A program made the translations under genes and the position numbers. DNA of 62,426 nucleotides, the filler included. It is 6 parts of 6 records of this genome, joined end to end, with 100 filler letters (N's around TTAATTAATTAA, not from the genome) between each part and the next. Parts side by side here need not be neighbours in the genome. Positions count along the whole stretch, not along the records: positions 1 to 14,034 come from SRR20825010_7152; positions 14,135 to 31,347 come from SRR20825010_7156; 4 more parts are not named here. One strand, given 5' to 3'. The notes below the pieces were generated by a model. It ran no database searches. It was not told the origin of the DNA and worked only from the letters and a program-made list of their open reading frames with translations. Of this stretch, positions 9,300 to 17,508 are shown piece after piece (position 1 is the stretch's first letter; every line of letters starts with the position of its first letter).

Positions 9300-11585
9300 T
9301 CACTGAGTGTTGGCTAAACGAGCTTCCAAGTCGTCGTAGTAGCGTCGCGAGATGCGGTGGAAGGCGAGGCCTTGCCATTCGGCCGCTTGTCGCGCGGGGA
9401 TCAACCCGACGATGGAAGGTTCTTCGTAGAGTGCTTGCAGCGTGCTCTCGATCAACGGATCAGGAGCTGAATCTCGGCAGACAAGAAACGCGGTGGTTCC
9501 GACCGTGTGAATTCCCGATGGAGGAATGCTCGAACCCGCGTACGCATCGGTCGCGATCGTCATCGCGTGCAACGTTGGATGCTGCAGCGCGATCGAAACG
9601 CCATCGGGTAGCGGCAGCAAATGCCATCGCTGTTCTGCCAACATTCGAGTGACTAGATCACTGCCGACGCCGATGCAAATGATCGCGGCTTCCGCAGAAA
9701 CTTTCGGATTGGTTTCTTGCAGTGTGTCCCATGGCATTTCGACGCGAGGTGAAACGGATTCGGACAATCCCAGCGACTCTAGCACCATTTCAGCGGCTCG
9801 ACGGGAACCACTGCCATGAGGCCCCACGGCAATGCGTTGTCCCGAGAGATCTTCGACGGAATCAATTTCACTATCGTCGCGAATGAGAACGTGGACCGCT
9901 TCGTAGAACAATGGTGCGACCACACGAAGTGTTTCACCGTTGACCGCGGTCGCTTGGATGGGTGCCAACTCAAATTCACCAGCGATCAATCGTTCGCGAT
10001 TGTCCCATGTGCCATTGGTTCCAATGACTTCGCAAGGAACCGACGTTTGTGACTGCAATGTTTTCGACAGCTGTTCGGAGACGCGATTGTACAGACCACC
10101 GGGAAGACCACCGGCAATTCGAATTTGAGTCGGCATCGCGTTGTTGATTCGTTGCTGCCAAACCAAACCGCCAAACAACAACAGCGGAAGAATCAGCGAA
10201 GCCGACAAGATTCCATTTTGAAAGCGACGTTGTCCGACCGGGGTGCCAGACGTTTGGCGACCCGTGACCGCGGCGACCACGGGAACTTGCCCGAACCAAT
10301 CAACGACCTTGCGGGCTCGACTTCGAGAACGAGCATGAATGGTTTGTCCGCACAAAAACCGATTCAGATCATCAGCCAAGTTCTTAGCAGTTTTGTAGCG
10401 ATCCTTGGGCTGCTTTTCCAAGCATTTAGCAACGATCACTTCCAGATCCGACTCCGCTTCCGGACACACCGATCGCAGAGTCGGCGGAGGTTGATGAGCA
10501 ACCTTCAACAACGTTTGCATCACGGTGTCGCCAACAATTGGCGGTCTCGAAGTGATCGCCGCAAATAGGATCGCACCGAGTGAGTAGATGTCACTGTGAT
10601 GGGTCACACGATCGCTGTGTCCGAGAGCTTGCTCGGGAGCCATGTAGTGAGGCGTTCCCACCGCGGCACCGCTGCCCGTCACGCTGCTGTCCGCATCGGT
10701 GTGCTTTGCCAAACCGAAATCGGTCACGTGGACCTGGCCGGATGGGTCGATCAGCACGTTACCGGGCTTGAGATCGCGATGCAGGACTCCGCGGCTGTGT
10801 GCATGATGAATGGCGTGAGCCACATCGCGAACGATCTCAGCGGCACGTCGTGACGGCAACGGGCCTTTGGCGAGCACCTTTTGAAGGTCTTCTCCCTCGA
10901 CGTACTGCATCGAGAAGAAATGGTGGCCAGCACGGCGTCCAAATTGGTGAACGGCAACGATGTTGGGATGCTTGAGCTTCGCGGCGGCCTTGGCTTCGGT
11001 GTAAAAGCGTTTGACTTCATCTTGTCCGGCCAAAATACCGCTGCGGATCATCTTCACTGCAACCAACCGGTCCAGTTCCCGTTGCTTGGCCAGGTAGACC
11101 ACACCCATCCCACCAACACCCAATACTTTGAGCAGCTGATAGTCACCCAGATCAAACGGCAGCGACGGACCCGAATCGCCCTGGGATCGATTGGCCATCG
11201 GCAACGTCAAATTGGGATCCACATTGGAGTGTTCGCCCAACCCGTCAGCCGACAACGCAGTGCCGATTCCAATCGTGTCCGCCATGTCGGTTTGCACGTC
11301 GATCTGGCTGGCCGTTGATGCCAACTGAGCCGCTTGGTCGCTGACCTCCGCATCGGGTGGCAGTGTGATGGGTTCTGTCCATGGACCTGACGTTCCCTTG
11401 GCATCCGACCCGGCCATCGAAAACGTTCCGATCAAGTCAGCAGCATCCATCAATTCGCGAAGTTGATCGGCGTGTTCGGGGTGCTGGTTGAGAAAGTCAT
11501 CTCGTGACGTCAGTTCCCCTGTGTCGCATGCGGACAGGTACAAAGCGAAGATCTCATCCAAGTCGTCTTCGTTGGACTCAGCCAT
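9300..11585 (-). CDS. Membrane Hanks-type Ser/Thr kinase with a C-terminal TAXI-type solute-binding domain
   Basis: GVGGMG, VAVK, HRDLKPGN, DFG and GTPHYMAPE, then one TM segment (ILSASLILPLLLFGGLVW), then TAXI-like IRIAGGLPGGLY, LFYEAVHVL and RIAVGPHGSGS. ATG 11585 overlaps the sigma stop (TGATG). Confidence 0.9.
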   Translation of the reverse strand: MAESNEDDLDEIFALYLSACDTGELTSRDDFLNQHPEHADQLRELMDAADLIGTFSMAGSDAKGTSGPWTEPITLPPDAEVSDQAAQLASTASQIDVQTDMADTIGIGTALSADGLGEHSNVDPNLTLPMANRSQGDSGPSLPFDLGDYQLLKVLGVGGMGVVYLAKQRELDRLVAVKMIRSGILAGQDEVKRFYTEAKAAAKLKHPNIVAVHQFGRRAGHHFFSMQYVEGEDLQKVLAKGPLPSRRAAEIVRDVAHAIHHAHSRGVLHRDLKPGNVLIDPSGQVHVTDFGLAKHTDADSSVTGSGAAVGTPHYMAPEQALGHSDRVTHHSDIYSLGAILFAAITSRPPIVGDTVMQTLLKVAHQPPPTLRSVCPEAESDLEVIVAKCLEKQPKDRYKTAKNLADDLNRFLCGQTIHARSRSRARKVVDWFGQVPVVAAVTGRQTSGTPVGQRRFQNGILSASLILPLLLFGGLVWQQRINNAMPTQIRIAGGLPGGLYNRVSEQLSKTLQSQTSVPCEVIGTNGTWDNRERLIAGEFELAPIQATAVNGETLRVVAPLFYEAVHVLIRDDSEIDSVEDLSGQRIAVGPHGSGSRRAAEMVLESLGLSESVSPRVEMPWDTLQETNPKVSAEAAIICIGVGSDLVTRMLAEQRWHLLPLPDGVSIALQHPTLHAMTIATDAYAGSSIPPSGIHTVGTTAFLVCRDSAPDPLIESTLQALYEEPSIVGLIPARQAAEWQGLAFHRISRRYYDDLEARLANTQ

Positions 11586-12241
11586 CACGTCTTCCACCAT
11601 GGACTGCTGCCGGTGTCCAAAATCGTGCGAAGCTTTTTCAAACCGCGTTTGAGCAATCCGGCGACCGCGGTTTCGCTCTTGTCCGTTCGGTCGACGATCT
11701 CTTTCAACGACAAGCCTTCCATGTAACGCAAACGAATCGCCTCAGCTTGCGTTTCTGGAAGTTCATGCAGTGCTTGCATCATCGCGCTGACGGCCTCTTG
11801 TCGAACCGCGACGCCGCTCGGGCTGGTTTTGGCTCCGGGCATCTGTGCGATCCAGTTGTCCGGCTGACTGCCATCGCCACCGGCCCCTCCGGCATGCACT
11901 TCTTTCTTGGTCGAACGTTTTTGAGTCATCACGTGATGAGCGACCGCTGATGCAACATTGTTTTTCAGCATGCCACGCAACCAGCCCGCGAACTCACCCG
12001 CCGATTCACCTCGAAAAGCATGCAGGTCACGTTTGGCTTCCAAAAACGTGACTTGCACCAAATCCGCAGGATCGATTCGCCGGCGAAGTTGATCGCTGAG
12101 ATACCGATGGGCCAGCATCAACAGATACCCTCGATAGCGCAGCATCAGTCGACCCAACGCTTCGTTGTCGCCTCCTTTGGAAGCGATCACCAAAGCGGTT
12201 GTGGTGTCTGATGATGTCGAATTGGAAGGCGATCGGTTCAA
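11585..12241 (-). CDS. ECF sigma-70 factor (planctomycete kinase-associated type)
   Basis: Region 2 ALGRLMLRYRGYL...DPADLVQVTF...FAGWLRG and region 4 LHELPETQAEAIRLRYMEGLSLKEI...AVAGLLKRGLKKLR. Start is approximate. Confidence 0.93.
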   Translation of the reverse strand: MNRSPSNSTSSDTTTALVIASKGGDNEALGRLMLRYRGYLLMLAHRYLSDQLRRRIDPADLVQVTFLEAKRDLHAFRGESAGEFAGWLRGMLKNNVASAVAHHVMTQKRSTKKEVHAGGAGGDGSQPDNWIAQMPGAKTSPSGVAVRQEAVSAMMQALHELPETQAEAIRLRYMEGLSLKEIVDRTDKSETAVAGLLKRGLKKLRTILDTGSSPWWKT

Positions 12242-12607
12242 CAGAAATCTCTCAGCAAAAACGGTGTCTGTCAGTCTAATCCAGTTTCACCGCCTGGTTG
12301 ATCTCCCGCCGGACTAGGTTTGGTGAAAGAACGTGGTGCAACTGTCAATCATGGCGTTTTCAGATCCCGATGGGGACCGATTCTCGGTTCAGCACCGAAA
12401 TTTCGCTCACTTCCTAAGTGCTTCCCAACTCTGGATTTGCAAAACGATGTCCTGGATTGGCTAAAAAGTGGGGCCGGGATCGAATGGCGTCCAGATCACC
12501 ATTCGGCTTGCTTGGATGGCGTGAGGTGGTTTGCTAAAGTGCCAAGGCGGAACTTCACCAAAAGTTCCGACCTTCCCCGCCTTCACACCACTACGGAACG
12601 AGCCACC

Positions 12608-13969
12608 ATGCTTCGTCGACTTCGTATCCTGCCCTCATTCGAATCTGTTCGGCCGATCTTGGCAAAGCTGAATCGATTTGCCGCAACTTCTTTGATGCTC
12701 GGCACAATCACATTGGCAACGAGCACGCTGGGAACGAGTTTGCTGGCCGGCGATGCCGATTGGCCTCAATGGCGAGGTCCGGCCCGAGACGGGAAAGCGG
12801 CCGATCAAAGTCTGTTGCAAATATGGCCGGAAGGTGGTCCTGAACTGAAGTGGACATTTTCCACTGCCGGACGTGGGTACAGCAGCACGACCATCGTCGA
12901 CGGCAAGCTGTTCTCGATGGGATCAGACGAACAGAATTGCTATGCGATTTGCATCGATGCAAAATCCGGACAATCGATCTGGCAAGTTCCGATATCACGA
13001 GCCGGCACCGGTGACGACTACAACACCGGTTGGGGCGGCGGACCACGCAGCACCCCAACCGTCGATGGTGATCAGGTCTTTGTCATGTCCGATGTGGGTG
13101 TCGTCTCGGCATTGCGACGCGAAGACGGTGCCAAGCTATGGTCGGTGGACTTGGTCGCTGATTACGGTGGTGAGATTCCCAAGTGGGGATACAGCGAGTC
13201 TGTGTTGATCGACGGTGATCGTGTGGTCGTCACCCCGGGACGCAGCAACTTCATGATTGCCTTGGATCGTCAAACCGGCAAATTGCTTTGGCAGTCCAAA
13301 GGTGTCGACTCAGTCGCACATTATGTTTCGGCCATGAAGGGTTCCATCGGCGATGTCGACTACTACGTCACCGCGGGCAGCATCGGCGTGGTAGCGTTTG
13401 ATTGCCAATCAGGCGAGAAGCTGTTCGGAAATGAACTATCAGGAAACAAAGTTGCAACGATTCCAACGCCGCTGATTCTCGACGACCACATCTACCACAC
13501 CAGTGACTACGGTGCCGGCAATGTTCTGTTGAAATTGACATCCGCTGGCAATGGAATCAACGCCGAGCAGGTTTACCACTTGGATGGGAAATCCATGATG
13601 AATCACCACGGCGGCGTGGTGGCTGTGGATGGAACCATCTACGGACTGACCAAAGCCAGCGGTGGTGTTTGGATGGCTCAAGACATCAAGAGCGGCGATA
13701 CGCTTTGGCAAGAGAAGTTGCGTCCGAACACGAGTGGTTCGATCTGCTTCGCCGATGGTTGTTTGTATTGCTACAACGACAAAGATGGCACCGTGGTTCT
13801 GCTGGAACCCAACAAGGATCGATGGTCTCCACTTGGGCAACTGACCATTCCTCGCGAAACCGATTTGCCCCGCGGAAGCGGTGCGATCTGGGCTCACCCC
13901 GTGGTGGCTGATCAGACTTTGTTCATTCGTGACCAAAACCTGATCTTCGCGTTCGATATCGCTCGCTGA
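12608..13969 (+). CDS. PQQ-binding-like beta-propeller protein (planctomycete BamB-like family)
   Basis: Signal peptide, then DWPQWRGP, PELKW, GYSS, GPRSTP, WAHPVV and LFIRDQ. Start is uncertain; the ORF-track start at 12320 is likely too early. Confidence 0.85.
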   Translation: MLRRLRILPSFESVRPILAKLNRFAATSLMLGTITLATSTLGTSLLAGDADWPQWRGPARDGKAADQSLLQIWPEGGPELKWTFSTAGRGYSSTTIVDGKLFSMGSDEQNCYAICIDAKSGQSIWQVPISRAGTGDDYNTGWGGGPRSTPTVDGDQVFVMSDVGVVSALRREDGAKLWSVDLVADYGGEIPKWGYSESVLIDGDRVVVTPGRSNFMIALDRQTGKLLWQSKGVDSVAHYVSAMKGSIGDVDYYVTAGSIGVVAFDCQSGEKLFGNELSGNKVATIPTPLILDDHIYHTSDYGAGNVLLKLTSAGNGINAEQVYHLDGKSMMNHHGGVVAVDGTIYGLTKASGGVWMAQDIKSGDTLWQEKLRPNTSGSICFADGCLYCYNDKDGTVVLLEPNKDRWSPLGQLTIPRETDLPRGSGAIWAHPVVADQTLFIRDQNLIFAFDIAR

Positions 13970-14004
13970 GGAGCTATTCGGAAACAATTTCGGGATTTTA
14001 AAAA

Positions 14005-14030
14005 GTAGCGGAAGGGCGCGAGCCCTCCGG
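14005..14030 (+). repeat. GTAG-type REP element at the contig end
   Basis: GTAG-CGGAAGGGC-GCGA-GCCCTCCG-G: a GTAG tetranucleotide plus a GC hairpin. Shares GTAGCGGAAG with the element at 6193. Confidence 0.65.
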
Positions 14031-14034
14031 TTCC

Positions 14035-14134
14035 NNNNNNNNNNNNNNNNNNNNNNNNNNNNNNNNNNNNNNNNNNNNTTAATTAATTAANNNNNNNNNN
14101 NNNNNNNNNNNNNNNNNNNNNNNNNNNNNNNNNN
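14035..14134. other. Artificial contig spacer
   Basis: N44-TTAATTAATTAA-N44 with stop codons in all six frames. Composition changes across it. Confidence 0.99.
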
Positions 14135-15437
14135 CACCATGTGCCTGACCGAACCGCATTGCGGCACCGACCTGGGCATGTTGCGCAGCAAGGCTGAGCC
14201 ACAAGCAGATGGCAGCTACAAAATTACCGGTGCGAAAATTTTCATCAGCAGTGGTGAACACGACATGGCCGAGAACATCATTCACCTGGTGTTGGCACGT
14301 CTTCCCGATGCACCCCAAGGTACCAAAGGCATTTCATTGTTTCTGGTTCCCAAATTCATTCCGAATGCAGACGGAACACTTGGCGAGCGCAACCCCATAT
14401 TCTGTGGCGCCATTGAACACAAAATGGGCATTCACGGCAACGCCACCTGCCAGATGAACCTGGACGGTGCAAGCGGCTGGTTGATCGGTCAGCCCCACCG
14501 CGGCTTGGCCGCCATGTTCGTGATGATGAACGCAGCCCGCCTGGGTGTGGGCATGCAGTCATTGGGCCTGACTGAAGTGGCATATCAAAACGCCGTGGTG
14601 TACGCGAAAGATCGTATTCAAGGCCGTTCACTGACTGGCCCCAAAGCCAGCGATAAACCCGCAGATCCCATCATCGTTCATCCCGATGTGCGCAAAATGT
14701 TGCTGACCACCCGTGCTTATGCCGAAGGTGGCCGCGCACTGTGTTTCTGGACTGCGCTTGAACTGGACAAAGAATTGAATCACCCCGATGAAGCCGTCCG
14801 CAAGGAAGCTTCCGAGATGGTTGCCCTGGCCACACCGATCGTAAAAGCGTTCATCACCGACAACGCTTGGGAAGCAACATCCCATTGCATGCAGGTGTAC
14901 GGCGGCCATGGTTACATTGCCGAGTGGGGCATGGAGCAGTATGTTCGCGACAGCCGCATCAACATGATTTACGAAGGCACCAACACCATTCAATCGCTCG
15001 ACCTGTTGGGTCGCAAAGTGTTGGGCGACGGTGGTGCCAAGTTGATGAAATTTGGAAAAATGGTGCGCGCATTGTGCGAAGAGCAGGCCAACAACCCCGC
15101 CATGAAAGAGTTCGTTGAACCCCTGGCTGATCTGGGCGACAAGGTCAGCAAGCTGACCATGGAAATTGGTGGCAAAGCCATGCAAAACCCGGATGAAGTA
15201 GGTGCGGCAGCTGTCGATTATTTGCGTGTGGTTGGCCACTTGTTCTACGGCTACTTCTTTGCCCAGGCTGCAAAAATTGCACTGGAAAAGCAAGCCAGTG
15301 GCGACAAGTTCTACACCGCTAAATTGCACACAGCCCGTTTCTATTTCCAGAAAATGCTGCCTGAAACCGCCATGTTGATTCGCAAGGCGCGCGCCGGTTC
15401 AGCCAGTTTGATGGAAATGGAAGCAGACCTGTTTTAA
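14135..15437 (+). CDS. Acyl-CoA dehydrogenase (5'-truncated)
   Basis: TMCLTEPHCGTDLG, GAKIFISSG, GTKGISLF, EHKMGIHG, MNAARLG, YGGHGY and IYEGTN, plus the C-terminal extension. Confidence 0.96.
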
Positions 15438-17344
15438 GCGACCCGTTGTTGGTTTGTCAGCATTGATTCTGTGATGGATATCAACTGGTCAAGATAGTCA
15501 AAGTGAGGCGTAAGCGTGTCAAGCCAGTTTGAGGCATGCCCCAAATAGGCTTGACAGTTTCGCTGATCGAAATGGGGATGAAACCTTTCCGCCTGTATTG
15601 CTCGAATCATCTCAGCAATTGGCAGATGGTTTTCCACGTAAGGCTTTATGTACAACACATGCGGTTGAATCGCGATGTTTTGAGAAATATAGTCCAGAAC
15701 CATGTCGGTCTGGTTAATGTTTACCCAGGCAATGCTGTGGGGTATGTGGTTCTCAAGCAGTATTTGCCGGAAGGCTTCTTGCCTGGAATAAGCGTCAAAC
15801 ATTTTCGTGCGTGATGTGTTCAGTTTCTGAATTGCCACTCGAAGCTGACTGTCCAATGTCGCGGGCTTTGGCGTTGTCTTTATGGCCACAATTTGCGTGG
15901 TCGCGTCGTTGTTTGGGCTATTGTGTGGTTCTGGTTGAGGGCTCTTTTTTGGGCTTTGCTGCGGACTGGGCGGTGGACTGTTGTGTGCCATGGCCTCGGC
16001 AATTAATTGCTCAAGCTGATTTAACCTGTGTTCAACGTCTTTTTTGTACTGTTGTACTTCTGCTTTTCCTGTTGGCCACCTGTCGGCGTCGATTCGACTG
16101 TCAATTTCTTGAAGCTCGCCCGCGAAGACGTCTCCCATTTTGCGTTTTTCATCTGATGTTGAAATTGCCAGTTTTTTTACATCATGACGCAGCCAGTCTG
16201 CCAGCTTGGAAAGTTCAGCATTGAATTTGGTCGCGAGCGGCTTTTCGGCAATGTGTGTACTTTGACGGCGACTTGGCCCGCTTGTAACTGCGGGTTTCGT
16301 TTCTTTTTCAGCGACAGGATTTCCCGTTTCCTGCGGTTTTTTGCTGATGGTTGTTTCAGCTGGTGCTTCCGTCTGCTCTGCTTCGATCAATTCGTCTGCC
16401 AGTGAATTGATGTCTTCAAGCTGGATGTTTTGAAGATAAGAAATCACTTCTTCAGACAGTGTGTCGTGGTCGGCTTGAATCAATTGCAATTGCAGTAGCC
16501 CAGGCTGTGTGACGCTTTCTGTCTGGTGTCGCTTCGCAAGGGCCAACACAATATCCGAATTGCTGAGATCGCCCACTGTGAGTTGTTGGCCCAGTTTCTG
16601 AAGTTTTTGATTTGCTGAGTCAAATACGTTCATGATGGGAAGATTGTTGATCGTTTGCATCTTGAAAGATTCAAACACGGTCTTGTTGTCTTCCGTCAGC
16701 TTGTCGACCATGGATGAAAATTCAAGCAGTTTGATTCTTTCAGGGCCGTCGCTCACTCCGCTAAGGTACATCTCAACATTTGATTTCAGGCAGTCAAGAA
16801 AAATGTTGAGCCGACTGGATTCGGTTGAAATCAGGCTGGTTTGGCACAGTGTTGTTTGATAAATTGTAAGTGCCTGAAACAATTTTCCAAGTTCATTTTG
16901 TTTGGCTAAGGGGATTACTTCCAAAACCCGCTCCATCGCGCCATTGAGTCTTTGGGTGATTTGAACAATGTTTTCTTGCAGCAGATCAATTGTTTTAATA
17001 TAAGTTGAATTCTGACTTTTTCCAGCGCTTGTTTGGTGTGGGCTCTCTACCGACATCATTGCATTTAACGACTGTTGCATCTGTTTTTTGATCAGCGGCA
17101 ATTGTTGAACCAAGTGTTTGTTGACGGCTGTGCTGATTTCGTTAAGTTGCTTGCTCAGTTCCTTGGCTTTGTTTTTTTTGATTGGTGATTGAGGTCGCAC
17201 GATTTCTTGCGTTAACAACGTGCCCAAGGCTGAACATCTGGAGCAGAGCCCGGAAATTTGTACCTCGCCAATGTTTAGTTGTGATTTGTTTAGTTCATGA
17301 AGCAGTGCGTAGGCATTGGTTGAACTTGTAATGGGTTGCGGCAT
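15434..17344 (-). CDS. Orphan 636-aa helical/coiled-coil protein, candidate secreted (type III-like) effector
   Basis: Long ORF, visibly more AT-rich than its neighbours, with an S/T/N/P-rich N-terminus, no signal peptide, Q/L-rich helices and a Pro/Ser linker (SPPPSPQQSPKKSPQPEP). Confidence 0.75.
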   Translation of the reverse strand: MPQPITSSTNAYALLHELNKSQLNIGEVQISGLCSRCSALGTLLTQEIVRPQSPIKKNKAKELSKQLNEISTAVNKHLVQQLPLIKKQMQQSLNAMMSVESPHQTSAGKSQNSTYIKTIDLLQENIVQITQRLNGAMERVLEVIPLAKQNELGKLFQALTIYQTTLCQTSLISTESSRLNIFLDCLKSNVEMYLSGVSDGPERIKLLEFSSMVDKLTEDNKTVFESFKMQTINNLPIMNVFDSANQKLQKLGQQLTVGDLSNSDIVLALAKRHQTESVTQPGLLQLQLIQADHDTLSEEVISYLQNIQLEDINSLADELIEAEQTEAPAETTISKKPQETGNPVAEKETKPAVTSGPSRRQSTHIAEKPLATKFNAELSKLADWLRHDVKKLAISTSDEKRKMGDVFAGELQEIDSRIDADRWPTGKAEVQQYKKDVEHRLNQLEQLIAEAMAHNSPPPSPQQSPKKSPQPEPHNSPNNDATTQIVAIKTTPKPATLDSQLRVAIQKLNTSRTKMFDAYSRQEAFRQILLENHIPHSIAWVNINQTDMVLDYISQNIAIQPHVLYIKPYVENHLPIAEMIRAIQAERFHPHFDQRNCQAYLGHASNWLDTLTPHFDYLDQLISITESMLTNQQRVA

Positions 17345-17458
17345 TGTGAGGGTCTGAATTTTTTAGGGACTAATTTGTACCTCTGGTTTGAAAGTAGTTC
17401 AATTGAATTGATTGGTGGTGATGACTTGTTTAACCTCAACGGGTTAGAATCAAGCGAA

Positions 17459-17478
17459 AATAAAACGAACGTTCGGTT
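17459..17478. promoter_or_regulatory. Palindromic TetR-type (FadP-like) operator
   Basis: AATAAAACGAACGTTCGGTT, 30 nt before the fadN-like start. It resembles the recalled Burkholderiales FadP motif (ACG-N2-CGT core). Confidence 0.6.
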
Positions 17479-17508
17479 TTAAATTTCCAAAATTTTAGGG
17501 AGACACAC

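Noticed and set aside
14035-14134. TTAATTAATTAA inside N-runs (five copies in the window) as a biological repeat
   Set aside because: It is an identical engineered six-frame-stop linker between contigs. ORFs ending in X...LIN are artefacts.
17345-17420. Shared hrp-box/ECF promoter for the two effector-like loci
   Set aside because: GAACT-N16-TACAA is present on the minus strand here, but no convincing match was found upstream of the CesT gene (22544-22741). Too weak to call.
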